Source: Hyphochytrium catenoides
Taxonomy: Eukaryota > Protista > Hyphochytriomycota
Assembly (NCBI GenBank): GCA_900088475.1
Contig: FLMG01000484.1
Span: 1-64,000, forward strand
Length of the DNA stretch: 64,000 nt
Reading direction: 5' to 3'
Part shown: piece after piece, positions 13,672-27,429 of the stretch
How the letters are laid out: every line of letters begins with the position of its first letter
Position numbering within the stretch: position 1 is the first letter of the stretch
The notes under the pieces: model-generated
Seen by the model: only the letters and a program-made list of their open reading frames with translations
What the model was told of the DNA's origin: nothing
The model's database searches: none
Position numbers and translations under genes: made by a program

Positions 13672-16091
13672 ATGATGACCCCAGAGGAAATACAGAGAAG
13701 GATGCAGGAAGCTCATCGACAGAGTGGGAGCTTTTACGGGCAGCCCCCACATCCACCTCCTTATGCCTTCAATATCCCGAGACCTTATCCGCCGAGGCCC
13801 ATGGGAGTTGAGCATTCTCCTCCTGCTCCTCCGCCTCCTCCAGCGCCGGAAGACCGTCAAAGGATCGATAAGATGGCAGAGTACGTTGCAAGAAATGGGG
13901 TTGCGTTCGAGGGCATGCTAAGAGAGAAGGAAAGGAACAATCCCAAGTTTGCTTTCCTCTTCGGTGGGGAGCATGCACTGTATTATCGCTGGAAACTGCA
14001 ACAAATGTCTCCCTCAGCGATGGCTCCACCTGCCCAAGGCTACCCTGCCGTTCCTTACCCTACTCCGAACTATGTTGTCCCAAGACCAGCCTATCCCCTT
14101 CCCGTGGCCTATCCGCAGGCAGAGGTAACCCCTGCGCCACGTAGACCGGAACCTGTGACAGAGTCTATGCCACCACAGCTACCACCTGGAGCGGCACTTA
14201 CAGCAGCAGAAGTCCAGAGCTTCGACGAGATGGTGGAAAGCCTAAATGGATCGAACTCCTCCATCCGAGATGCCAATTCGTGGGTCCTAAAGCACAGCAA
14301 CAAGGTCCGCGACGTCCTCTGGCGACTGAAGAAAAAGACGCTTGAGCTCGAATCCACTGAGAAAAAGCTATTCATTCTTTACCTTGTCAATGACCTATTG
14401 TTCAGCTGTACGGTAGGGGAGAAGGTATGCATTCTCTTTTTGTGCTGTGGTGGAGTTAGTTTGTCAATGACTTCGGCGCGCTTGCAGGAGTTGTCTGGAG
14501 CCAACCTGAAGGCTGCAATAGTCCAAGAACTACCGGAAATGATCTACGGCACTTGCTTCTCCAAAGATCCACGGGCGTCGCCGCCCATTGACCGAGTCGA
14601 GAAGATGCTACGGCTGTGGAAGGAGCATCAGGTGTTTTCTCCAGGACAGATAAAAGACTTGGAAATGGCGCTGGCACGAGAGTGTGCGCAGGTTACTAGA
14701 GCCGTCCCAGGAGGCCAGATTCAACCTGCTGTACCCCAAGCTCCTACAATGGCACAGAACGCTTTAGGAGGCGCTGGTCTTTTGGACACTCCTCCTACAA
14801 TGCACCCACAGTTCTCAATGCCTGTTGTTGGCGCTAGTGGCCACCCTCCACATCCGTACACAGCTCCACCTCCAAGACATCACCAGCTTCCTCCTCAGAC
14901 ACAGGCCCCTCCTCATCCACCACCGGTTTACGACGGGCAAGGGAGGATGTGGCATCAGAACCAAGAAGCGGGCCCAACTCAAACCCAGGTAACAAATTCT
15001 AGCGGCTCAATGACCTCTGACAAACCTCTAAAACATCCCTCCTGACATAGCACCAAGTCGACCAAAGGGGTTCGGCTTTCCAGCCAGTAGTGGTACCAAG
15101 ACCTCCAGCGCCGTACTCCGCTAATCATCCACTGGGAGATTTGTCGGCTGCTCATAGCATTCCTGCTCAGCCACCCTTGAATGGACTTTCACCTATGCCA
15201 GGCCCACATGGTAGCTCACAAATCCCAAGACCTCCGCAGCCCACACAGATACCACCCAATACAGCAGCAGAACTTCCTGGTTCTTCTCCGGCTATTCAGA
15301 GCTTGAGTCAGACCCCTTCCCCTTCTGCTTCACGGGGTCGTTGGGCTGAGGTTCCTGCACTGCCAGTTTCATCTTCGGTTGGTCCACAATTGATCTTTCA
15401 GACCTCTTCCTACCCAATTCCACCTCACATTCTACTTAACAGGCAGGCGCGCCGCTTTCGGATGCGGCTGCAATGGCAGCGGCCGCCATGTTGGCCGCCC
15501 AGAAGGCTTCTAATTCTGTTACCCCTCCCTTAACGGGAGCTAAACCATCGAGTATAGCTCCAGTAGCGGTGAAATTAAAGGTTGATGAATACTCTCCAGG
15601 TCTGCTAGTTAATATTGTCAAGGCAGCGCTGATCAACGGGCATCCACCATATGCGCCTTTTCCTGCTGAGTTTATGCCAAGCACGCTGACGGCTTTATCA
15701 ATGGAGCCGGGGAGGTTGGAAGCCAGAGTCAACGAATTCTACCAGAAAGTAAAGGCCTTATCAGTAAGTTCTCCGTAAGCTAAACATCTTTCGCATTTAG
15801 TGCTCATTCACTCGTGTGCCCCCGCGGCTTCCCAACTACTAATGCACCTAGGAAAAACCACCACCCATAGTAAAGGAACGGTAAGTGGGGATGCTCATGC
15901 TACTACGCGCTCGACGTTCTGAGAAGCATAAAGTCTAATTCTTTCTTTCTGGAATTTTCTGTCTGTATAGTGAAGAGAAGAAGGAAGAGCCAAGCAGAAG
16001 TCGAAAACGGTACAGCGAAAGGCCCGAGTACAGAGAAGATAGAGACAAATATGAGAAGAGACGACGGAGAGATAGCGATGAGCGATACTAG
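13672..16091 (+). CDS. SURP (SWAP) plus CID domain, Pro-rich splicing factor, CHERP-like
   Basis: SURP: IDKMAEYVARNGVAFEGMLREKERNNPKFAFLFGGEHALYYRWKL; CID: LNGSNSSIRDANSWV...KKLFILYLVNDLLF...RVEKMLRLWKEHQVF; YSPGLLV motif; R/E/D-rich last exon ending TAG 16089-16091. Confidence 0.85.
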
Positions 16092-16200
16092 ACTGTAGGG
16101 TTAAAGTTGTCTCTAATACTTTGCGTCTTCACCCTGCGCCCGTTCTGTGCTCCTGGCTAAGAGATGTGTGCTCTTAATTATGTGCTCTCTTCATTTTATT

Positions 16201-18389
16201 CTAAGGCTCATACAACTGGAAGCTTCCACCACTCTCAAACATGAAGTGAGACGGCCTATTCGACTCGTCAAGAGTGCAGGAGACGATTGACACTTTCCAT
16301 CTCATCTGGCTAAGACACGCAGCCAACGTCTTGGCATCCTTCTCCTTGACCACTCTCCATAGCTCCGGGGTCCTCTGGAGCAAAGGATGATATTCTTCCA
16401 GCCCACGGGTTTCGTCAAAGATTAGGTGTGAGAGTCGAAAGTGCATTCCATCTATTTTCGAAGTAGCGCGTACAACTCTATCAACGTCCTTTGCCTCATG
16501 CGGCTCTGTGGGATGGTTGAAGCATGAGAGACCCAGGAGCCTTTCTCTTTCCTCTTCGAGGACGATTGAGGAGAACGACGTCGTGACGTAGGCTGGGTCA
16601 CCTGAGTGATAATGAAGACGGACGGAATCCTCGGGAATGCGCCAGGTGCCATTTGTCTTTCGGATGAGCTCCCTAGATGTAAGCCACAGGTGCTGTCCAA
16701 GAGATTCTGCGTCGAAGCCTACAGATTTATCATCGAAACGTCAGATCGCCGCCACACAGGGGCAAGAGAATGGTATACTGCCACTTTATCTGAAAGAGTA
16801 ATGCAAAAGCAAGCCCCGTGGAAGATGTAAATGAGAGAGGAGAAGCGTCATTGAGAAGCATAGAACACAGATTGAGTGAGAGAACACAGATTGAGTGAGA
16901 TTTTTAAAAAGAGGTGTCCTCAGCCTATAATATTGACAGAGGTTATATTGACAGAAGTCCCACGAGATCCTAGCCATCTTCGACCACCGTCTTACCTGAC
17001 ATATGCCTGAAAGGGGTCAGCGTAAAGTGGAACATGTGCCCCAGTCGTAAAAAAGTCGAGGTCCGAAGCTCTGTACTACGATGGCAAGCGTTGAAGAACG
17101 AAAGTATCTCTTTTAAGAGAGTAGGGTAGCCCTTTCCGTCCTGAGACCGGTTGCCTGACGGTAGGAGAACGACACCATACAGTCGCCGCTCGGCAATGTG
17201 CAGGTGCGGATCGGGCTTAGGATACCAAATAGTCTCGATCCAGGCGCAGTTCTGAAGCTTCAACTCATGCCTATAACCCGCTATATAGCCGGGAAAGAGA
17301 AAAGGAGGTTTAGTCAAGGGTAAGCTTGGCATCTAACAGACTGAGTCCCCACTGATAGGAGATCAGAGGACCGCCAATGACGGGTTAAAGGCGCCAAAGG
17401 TGAATAGAAAAGAAAGAGCATGGACTGATAGCCCGTGGGCAATTAATAAAGGATGAGATGCAGCACAGAGAGAGCAAGAACAACTAAGAAGTGCTGGAGC
17501 CGTTAGTGGACCAAAGGGCACAAGATAGAGCAAGTGAGGTACACACAGAGAGGCTGGTATACCGCAATTCTCCTGAGGACACCTTCTCATCACGTACCTG
17601 CCCTAATTAGTCCTCTGATGAAGCCCCAGTGACTCACGACACATATACGCTCTGCAGGATGGTCGCGAAGTCGCGCCATAACTCTCAGGATCCTGGATCG
17701 ATCATCCGCATCGACCCACCAATTCTCCTTCTGAACTCCTGACAGGTCAACATAGGCAAATTTAGTCAAGCTCGTCAGCTTGCTGTCCGCTTTTAGCACC
17801 TCCCGCGGCCGTCCCTGGCACTGAGAAGACGAGAAAGGGACAAATGTTAAACAAGTTGTGGCATGAAAGGGCACAGAATGAGCAGAGATACGTTAGGACA
17901 GCCAGAGCAACATATCCGGCCACCACCAACCTCAGGCAATGCACCATAGAATTCGGTCACTTCTGGATCACAAACAAGCTGAACATCCGGAGCAGTTTCC
18001 TCAAAAGCTAAGCAAGCTGTTTGTATGGCACGAGACAGAGGGGACACAATGACTGCCGTGATCCCTGCTCGAGAAACTCGCTGCCTTAGAGCTCTCGCCT
18101 GTGTTTCACCAATGGGCGTCAGACGGGCATCTCTATGCCTCTCAGTATGGCGTTCTGCCTCATCAGTTATAACATTTGCCGTCGATTGACCGTGGCGTAT
18201 GAAAACGATGTACTTGCCGTGAGGTTTGAGGGGATGATGGGGCTCATCCAGGTTCTCTCTCACTATAGGAAAAAGAGGGACTCGAGGTGAGAAGCCTGGT
18301 TTAGAGCATTCCAAAGGTGAGAGAGGGATTGGCTTACCATCGTATAGATAAAAAGGTAGATCAAGCAAAGGACTTGCTGAGGAGCCCAT
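16201..18389 (-). CDS. Histidine phosphatase (phosphoglycerate mutase family) with a C-terminal 2H-phosphoesterase-like domain
   Basis: FIRHGQS, DARLTPIGETQA, SPLSRAIQTA, VVSHWGFIRGL; four exons splice in frame; candidate start MGSSAS at 18389. Confidence 0.85.
16862..16899. repeat. Perfect 19-bp tandem duplication AGAACACAGATTGAGTGAG x2 (intronic)
   Basis: Visible directly; a second short direct repeat ATATTGACAGA occurs at 16930 and 16945. Confidence 0.9.
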
Positions 18390-19347
18390 GAGCAGGGTGA
18401 GGCTAACTAGCACTCCACCCCTGAATGGCAGAAGATCTGGGGTACGAACTTGCGCGGAGAAGGTCCCAGATGCTGCAGGCCTGGCTTGTAGAAGTGCCAA
18501 CGTATCAGGTGGAATGAAGCATCGCCTTACGTTGATTGAGAGCTATGAGTTCTTGCCGCTACTGTGGCTTTCACTCAGGTATGGAGAAAGTTCTCTGAGC
18601 GTCCAGCGTGCTGCGGACTGTTGCTCTGATCTGCCGCGATGTGGGACCCGCTGCCGTAGCTGCTGCCGTCACCAAGGTGAAGAGTGAGAAGGTGTGATGG
18701 AAAAGAATAACGACAGATTAATCCCGAATACTTCATTTCAGCCAAGGTTTCATGCCTCTTTTGACTGTCTAGGAAGGAGGTGAATGAAAGATTCAATCTC
18801 TTCATCGAAGACGAAAGATTTAGATCCATCAAGGTTTATGGCCTTTGGGGAGTAGCGTCATCAGACGTCCAGCAAGTTCTTATGGCTGGAAAGGATTCTT
18901 ATCACTGCGCCCTCGTCGTGCTTGGTAGAGACGACACTCATTCCTCAGCGCCGTAGCTTCGCCTCATCCGCAGCAGCGCCTTGATCGTAAGTCGGCCCAT
19001 TAGCAGCCGGCCAGGGACAAGCAAAAGTGGCTTATCGGTAGGTTCGACCTCAGAAGGAGAGCAAAAGACTAGCGGACGAGCCAGCTGCGTGAACAGATAA
19101 GGACGATATTGTCACTGCAGCGTCAAACAAGACATTCAATTGTGGGTTAGGAATAGGGCACCTCTTATAGAGCACTCAGCCCAGAAGTGTTGGGGCCTGA
19201 AATATAGCCTCGTCTTCCTTCACTAAGAAGCGGAAGGCTTACGAGAGCACGGAAGCAAAGATCCGTGCGTTACAGCCTTTCTTAGTGGCACTATGGTAAT
19301 AATAAATAATGACAACACAGGGAGACTAGTTCTAAGTTGCGGTGGAC

Positions 19348-22300
19348 TCACTTCACAGACCCCAGGAGGAACTTCGCCCGTCGCTGGCTGTCCTTCTCGT
19401 CATCCGACGTCGGGACGGGAGAACGCAGCGCCTGCACTTCACCAATCGCATCTTCATCTGCCACCACCGACCCTCCTCTGTCGGTCCCTCCCAATCGCAG
19501 CAGCTTGTGCTTCACTTTGGAAAGTCCAGATGTAGCGCTAGATTTGGTGACATGCCAGATAATATGCTTCACTACCTTTCTGACGAACTTCTCCCAAGTC
19601 CAGATGCGCCGCTGTCTGACAAAGGGGTCTACCTGCAGGACGACTCGGTCTACATTGACAGGAAATCCATCGCAGCTCACTCGTACACATAGTTGACCTA
19701 TGCGTATGTAACGGAAGAAGAAGACTTCTCCTCTCTGAGTGGTGTCTGAGAAGTCATCTTCATCCTCTTCAAAAATCACGACAGAAGTGTCGCTGCTATC
19801 GTCTGAGTCTCTGCTTGTGGAAGATTGAAGAGAGAGTGCCGATGTAGGAGAGGAATCTGAGTCCATTCCGTGGAGTTTTGACTTCTTCTCCTTAAACCGG
19901 CTCTTCTCCTTTAGCTTATCCATAAGCCCTTTCTTGCTTTTTTTAGGCTTTTCTCCGCCTCCTTCGCCGCTGGTGCTTCCAAAGGAAGTGGTAGAAGAGA
20001 TGCCCCACATGCTCAGGCTTTCGACAGGCTGCGTAGGTGCAGGCCCAAGAAGAAGAGACGTCGATGCTGGTGACGTCTCGGTTGGCGGGAAAAAATAGGT
20101 AACCAGGATGCCCAAGACATCTGCGGTCATTTGTACGTCGATTACATGGTTCACGCCTGGGAAGACGTTGACTTCTATGTGATCATAGACAGAGAGCTTC
20201 TTCCCCAGAATGTTGAGAGGAGGACTTCCGGTTGCCCGAATACTAAGAAAAGACTCCTTTCGCTTGGTATTCGCGTTGGCTCCAGGCTGACTGGTAATGT
20301 TGGGAGTGATAATGCCGGTCGGATCTTTGAAGACAATGGAGCTTGGGCCTGGCTTTTTGTTGTTGACGCGCGCTGTCTCGGCGTTGATGATGAACAGAGT
20401 TGAAAGGTCTTCATAGAACGTGTGCTTGCCCTGGAAGCCTACAAAGCAGATCTCTATAAAGTCCATAGAACTGCTTCGACCCGAGCTGGCGCTATCTATA
20501 AGACTCCAGCGACCCTTCCCAAGACACCACTGGACGACTTTGACTGGCTTCTGCAGTGGAGGAAAAGTGTCATCGTTAAAAAGCAGCAGTACAGGTGAAG
20601 GTGCGGTACGTATCGATGGTCACATCTAAGATTTACCCAGATCAGGCACAGATGCACCATGTGGAACATTCTCAAAGTACAGAGACTTACCTCTTTCCTA
20701 TTCAACTCCTTCCTCTCGTCCTTGGCTCTCTTGGTCAAGAGGCTATTCATAGTGTCATTGATAAGGAGGAAGTCTGTCTTAGTGAGGCTCTGCAGCGTGG
20801 CAGGCTGCAAGTTCCCTGCCGCAAGGGAGCCAGAAGATGACCGCCTCCTTTTCCGCACGTGACGGGAGGGAGGGGCGAGGAGCACGTGCTTGATCACCGC
20901 TAGCAGCTGGTAGAATTGGTTGCTATCCATAGAAACGCTAACCTCGGGGATATCTAGGTCCAGTCTGTCAATGCAGCCTGGAGGAAGCTTGTCTTTCCTG
21001 TCCGGAGCATTACCGCTTAGAGAAATGTCGTAAGTTGTGTAGGAGAACCGAGCGAAAGATTCGTCAAGTATTTGCTTCAGCAGTCCGCTGCGGCGGGAGC
21101 CGCTAGGTCTTCTGGTCAGCTTTCGTCGTCCCTCTGCTCCCTTGCTAAGATCATCAGCCACCCGGTTGACCGCAGGTGTACCGGTCTCGACCTCTCTCTC
21201 CAGCCACTCAATGCCGGCACTTATGTCGACGTCCGTGGGAGCGATATATCCAGTAAGACTCTCAAACTGCACCGATATTCTCTTCTCCAACGCAGCAGGT
21301 AAATCAGGGACGAACGTACGGCTCGAGATTTTCATCTCTGCCTTTTCAGAAGCTACCACGACACTGCTGCGAGATGTATGGTCCATGAAGTTCACTTGGA
21401 TGCCCTCAAACACAATATCATAAGAGTCCAAACTTTGGCGGCCGGACCGTAATAACCTATCAGGCTTATGATTTAGATGAAGCTCCTTTAGCTCTTCACT
21501 TTGTGTTCCTCCACTAAAAGCGCTGATCTCGGATAAGAAAGTGTCAGAGCGACGGAAGCTGACAGTACTGCTGCCCTCAGAAGTGTCCTGATGATGCAAA
21601 TCTTCAGCTAACTCCCCAGCTGCCCAGTTTGGAACCTTAGGGTCGAGGGGAGCGAGAGAAGCGTCAGAGACAGGTCTCTCCTCCGGTAGCCCATCAAGTT
21701 CCCCTTTGGCAAGCAACTCAAGCATTGTCGGGCCCTCCTGGGCCTTTGGCTTGACCACTTTGTCTCCTAGCGGCTCCGAGATGAGCCCAGATGAAACGGA
21801 AGAAGAGTCAGAGATGGAGAGAAAATCAGCCTCGCTGACGTCCTCAGCACGAAGAGGACCAGCCTCGCTCACGTCTGAGAGGGAGTGACTCCTCACTAAC
21901 GTCGGCTCTTTTTTAGAAGAGATTCTAGATAGATCCATCTGCACCACCTCAACCATGCGGAAGACTTCATCTCTCATTTCCAAGGTCCAGAGGAGCTTCA
22001 TGTTCGTCAGTACAATGGGCTGAGTATCCTCACGGGAGAAGATCGGTCCTGTGATAGCAGGCAGCCGTCGGCGTTTTCCGTAGGGCAGACCAAGAGCGAA
22101 TATTTCAGAGAGCGATCGTGGTCCCAACTTCATCGTAGCTGTGTCTGCCTCTATGAAGAATGCAGAGGGATCAGGGGTGATGAAGGGATGAAGCCACGAT
22201 TGTGTCACTGGCTCCTCTGGTGTTAGAAGTCTCATCGACTCCATAGTTAGATAGTCTGGAGAGATCCCAGCCTTTATTGAAGATCTACGCCTTGATAAGT

Positions 22301-25300
22301 GCCTTGCTCCCATCTCTCCTGCAGAAGGGTCTCCTGCAGAGCTGCAGCGGCGATTGATTAGCAGCAAGTAGCCATAGAGGTGATCTATTTGGAGCAAGGT
22401 AGCAGCCACTGAGAGGACGTCACTAGCACCTTGAGAGCTTTTGTCAGAAGCTCCCGATGCAGACTTAATGAAGGTCATGTTTACTAAGAAGCATTCGCTG
22501 GTGGCGTAGACAGCCTTAGAGGACTTGTCATCTTCAAACCAGAGAACTTTCAAACAGCCGAGGTTGATATGCAATGTGAAGTGTCGACAAAGATCAAGTA
22601 GGTTGGGCCCCGCTTTCTTGGTATCTGGTCGCTTGAGGGCATAACGATCACTATTCTGGTATAAGCTGTTCAGATAACCTGCGACAAGATCCCACTGGAT
22701 AGCCAGGCGGCTGCCACCCGTTCCGAGCGAGGGGTTGCCTGCAGAGCAAACTTCTATAGAGCAGTTCAAGCTATGTGCCGTAAAGGACTGCCAGATGTCC
22801 TCTGGGCTGATCTGTCCTGAGGTGTAGAGCTGCATATAATTCTGGTGCTCCGAAGAAGAAGAAAACTCCAGTGCAAGCTCCACTTCTAGGATTGGAATAG
22901 TGGCGATTACACTGGTGTCCATCAAGGTGTGGCGCTCGCAGTTGAGTAAGATTTCACTCTTCACAGCAGAAGCTTTCAATAAGCCGTCTCCAACAACGTT
23001 AAACAAGACCTGATGAAGCTTGATGGACAGGCCTTGACTGGGCTTGCTACTGTTATACACGAAGGGAAAGACGGTAAGCTCTGTCACTTGTAGATCCGCT
23101 TTCCCATTTAGCATGTACCGTAGCTTATCCCACCACGGAGTTGCTGCAACGCCTCGTCCACCAGGGTTTGTAGGGGTGACGCGATCAAAGGCAGCAGAAG
23201 CAAGACTTAGTGAGTCAGCGATGAGTGGTCCAAACGCCACGGTCAGTCCTTGAAGGGTGCTCTGTAGGCTGTAGACAAGCTTCGTCGGCAAATTGTTGCC
23301 CGAGACTTCAACCTGAAGCCGCCGACGGTTATATGCGTCAGCCTCTCCTCCGTCGTTATACTGCTCTTCTGCGCTGTACAGGCGGAAGCTCTTTTTATAA
23401 TTGTATAAGAACGATGCCCGCTCTTCTGCGACAATCAGAGTGCCAGCAACGCCTAGGCTCTGCAGAGTAAGGAAATCACACGCGTGCCTCCCTAACCTTA
23501 GACTCAGGGTCTGTACGCGCAGGAGGGCGTCACCCCCCGCTAGACTTTGGAAGTCTGAAGACTTGAGAGACACGGCGGACGGGTCCAACTCATGCACTCG
23601 GCCAAGCAGACTCTCTCGCCCTGCCTCGCCGCTGGTTGAATCCCCTTGAAGGTAGATTCCCTCCATCGCGAGCTTCACCAGCTTCGAGATGCCTTCAGTG
23701 TCCTCTTGGAGTGGGGAAGCCCCAAACATGTGGGCTAAGGCGCTTAAACTATCCTCTCCCTCAATAATGAGAGAGAAACTAGAGCACTGGACTTCATAAG
23801 ACATCTCTTCCCTCTTGTGGGGATTTGGCTCGGGTGCAAGAAGCTTCACAACCTTCAGTTGCTCCAGTAGACCGAATAGGTGGGTCGAGAGGTCTACTCC
23901 GTGGCGAAGCGTCAGTGAGCAGGTGCACATAGAGCTCGCAAAATGAACTTTGCTCTCCAGCCTGCTCATTCTGTCTACGGTGTAAGTCATCTTGATTCCG
24001 CCAAGCGTTCCAAACTGGGTACTCTCTCCCAGGTAGAGGGAGAGTATCTGCATTTGTGAGGTGACCTGCAAAGTTGTGGAGCTCTTGACGATAGACAAAC
24101 AAGCCTCCTCACACTGAAGGCCAATTGAGCTTCCGGCACCGAAGGCGTACTGGAGACGCAAGGTTGTCATCCTGATCGTAAGGCGGTGAAATGTATCGAC
24201 TTTCCTCTCATCGTTTCCTTCCAGTGCGTTGCCCCGATTCAGCACATCCTCTAGATAGTTCGCTAGCTCATCCATGGCCGTAATGCAGCGCAACAGGTAA
24301 AGCTGAAGGGAGGGGTTGACAAGGCAATCTACTCGGTCCATTGACAGATGCCACTGCGGAGAAAGACCCAAGCCGATACCGCTATAATCCCGCTCACATA
24401 GGCAGCTGACAGCGAGGGTCCTGGAATTGATAAATGGTGTCCAAGGGCTTCCACACCATAACCGATATTGGATGCAGAAACCCTTTGTGATGAAAAAGTA
24501 GCAAAGGGAAGGGCTTCTGGAAGCTGCAACACTTGCATCCTCCGTAAGTGACATCTGAGAGAGAACGCACTCTATGGCGAAAGAGGGATCGCTGGCCCCT
24601 TCAAGCAGCTTCATGCAGAATGCAGCTCCAGACAGAGAGAAGCGCGAGAGTTGAGTCAAGAATGTGAGCTTATGTGGAGAGGAGCTTGGAGTACTCAGCC
24701 TTTGCCCGCGCCTTTGAAGCTCCAGATCGATCTTCTCTAGACAAACAGAAAATTCGGCGCCTTCAACTCCCCTACTACCTTCTAGTCTTCCGGTGGAAAG
24801 CATAAAGCTTGATTCGACCATCGAGACCCTTAGACTGCAGGGAGTGCAAAATATCCCAAGGGATGAGGGTGATGTGGGCGGTCTCTTCTTGGAGCTAGTC
24901 TGGAAGCAAGATGCTAGCGAATCTAGAAACAGCACAGCTGCTGTGTCAAAGCCCACCTTGGTCGATGAGATTCGCAGCTCTGACTCGGCATTCTGGAGAA
25001 TGTGCCCCCCTCTATTGATGAGAGTCTGGAGCTCGCTCTCAAGCTGCAATGACAGCATCAGTCATCCTTGTCAACAATTAGTTAGCAGGACTCTAGAGTT
25101 CTTACCTCTAGCGACTGAAGTAGTAGAAGGTCTCGCTTTGACCGTCCCAGAAACTGGCATGACAGCCCTGAGAGCCCAAAGCTGGCCAAGAGGCTTTCAG
25201 TTGATTCCTTGGTGGTTCTCCAATTCGCCATCGCAGTTAGAGCGAGTGAGACGACTATCCTCTGATGAGGATCTGGGGTGGCTGTCTCAGTATCGATCAA

Positions 25301-26425
25301 CTGAAGCTTAATGCCGCTAAACTTTAGTGATACGTGATCGGCCACCTTTCGAATAACAAGGTCTGAACTTTGATCCAAAGTACCACCGGGAATGGAAAGG
25401 GGGCTCAAGCCAACAGTGCTGGGTAACGAGGGGGGGACTTGAGAGGTACTGGAGACCGCTGGATGGCTCCCAGCATTTAGCTCCCGAAGATGCTGCAACG
25501 AACAATCGATTTCTACCTTCTCAGGGCATTCCACCTCTATTCTCTCCAACAACCCTGTCCCACGTCCATAACTCTCAACATTAAGGGCAGGTAGGGTGAG
25601 CTCCACACCAGGAACTTGTGGCCCGCAGTCCACGTCTTCTCGTATGCAAACACTCAAATCCTCTAGATGCACCTTCGTTTGCAGGATGACGCGCTGAAGT
25701 TGTTGACCTGGCTGAAGAATGAGCGAGAGACTCCCACTTTGAAGTGACGCCTGCACTCGGAGGTGGTCCAGCTGATGGACGATGTTCAGTCTCTCCTCCA
25801 CCACTAAGCCATCGAGCTCGAGGGTTACGGAGCTTATGAGTCGGGCGCACCAGTGAAGAAGAGTCTGCTCAACCCAACCCGCTAGAAAAAATGATCAAAG
25901 AATCATTAGGTCCAATCTTTTATAGAAAGGGGTCAAACAAGATAGGAAATATTAGTCAATAGGGTCTTCTGAGGGAGTTGATTGATGGGACCACGTGACA
26001 CGGAAAGGAAGAGTAGAGAGCGAACTGATAGACATCAAATCAAAGCACGTACGGCTAGACTTAGGCGGCCTCTGCCCAGCTTCTGACTTCGGCCTCTGTC
26101 CGTCCAGGTACTGTGCTAACTCCTTACATCTGCAAAGCTCAAGCTTTGAAATCTTGACTTTTACCTTCCGGCGTGACTCTTCGAGTGCTTGACGAATACA
26201 AAGGCGTTCCAACAAGATGCAGGGGCGCTCCTCTTGAGCACCACCAGACGACGTCAGCTCCAGATTCTCAATGGCGAACGACAATATGCTGACTCTAAGG
26301 CGACGCAGCTTGTACCGCTTCGATACGGCATTGAAAACGACAAGCAGCATCCGGCCGCAGCAGGTGGGTTCAAGCAGTGCGCCGATGAGAATGGCGGAAG
26401 CCAAAAGCAGAAGCAGCCAGCCCAT
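19348..26425 (-). CDS. BLTP2: Bridge-like lipid transfer protein BLTP2 / Hobbit / KIAA0100 / SABRE / Fmp27 family, about 2,250 aa, four exons
   Basis: N-terminal hydrophobic anchor; WWDKLRYMLNG; APTDVDISAGIEWL; MDSNQFYQLLAVIKHVLLAPP; C-terminal FFRYIRIG...WTW; exons join in frame (25043-20691 and 20550-19348 checked). Confidence 0.85.
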
Positions 26426-27429
26426 TGTGACGTCTGCCAATGACGGAGTAGTACGCCAACCCCACCCTTCGCGTCAGGCAACGCGTGCTTCCTTAACTCT
26501 TCGAACAAAGGTACTTATCTGAGCCCATCCCGTCCCTACCGTAGACCTACGAATGGTAGGGCATACTATCCACTCGGGTCATCTGCACTGTACCCCATAG
26601 TCAGCAGTGCTTCATCGGTGAGGCAAAGCCAGAGAGGGAGATCCCATGAACTCTACTACGCAGTTTGGTCGGCCAATGCAAGGTGAATGCAGAGCCTACC
26701 ACGACTGCTTCTTAAGTGGCCGCGAATTTGATCAGAGACTTGAAGAGCGCAACACAGCGGGTGATTATCCAGAGACACGGTTGAGATGGTTAATAATAGA
26801 AGGAGGAGAACGACAAGGAGACGCAGTGCGTCTGCAAGGCTCTCTGACAGTGGCAGATGACGATGATGATGTCCTTTGTTGGCTGCTACGCCCGCGCTCC
26901 AGCGCCTCCGATGATGATTCTCTGTCTGCACTTCCTGCACACACCTGAGCCGCGACTGCATCCTCGTCACAACACACCTAGATTGCGGTCTACTCTAGCC
27001 ATTATATCCCTTATCCCGCAAACCCACATACTCAAGCTGAAACTGGACTGATCAGCTAAAAGAACCCTCCCTTTCTCCTCTTCTCGAAATGACGTTTCAA
27101 ATGTACGCCCTCAAAACGCAATATTGTCTCTGGCGGGACCGCTAACGTCTTTCACTGTTTCAACAAAGCGTTTTTGTTGGGATGTTGCGCTCACAGAAAC
27201 TCCAAAAAAGGTTACTTTTAGAGCTCATCGGAAGATCTTTTTATGCATCGAAAGACGCTCCGAAAGCTGGGCAATGAAGGCAATGAATCTCTGCAATATA
27301 TTAAGAACACTGTGCGCTTGCGTAGGTTGAATGAAAGGCTCCTGCCGGTTATAGTTGGTGATGATGCAATCTCGCTTTTAGTTCCCCTTCGTTGTGCTCG
27401 GGTGCTGAGTCTGGTCTAGCTGTGACTGT

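Noticed and set aside
16862-16955. Direct repeats here and at 44235 and 59788 as CRISPR arrays or transposon ends
   Set aside because: Only two adjacent copies each, no spacers, no terminal inverted repeats or transposase; consistent with slippage duplications.
25044-25105. Apparent stop or readthrough between BLTP2 ORFs
   Set aside because: Explained by an ordinary GT-AG intron; there is no evidence for codon reassignment in the window.
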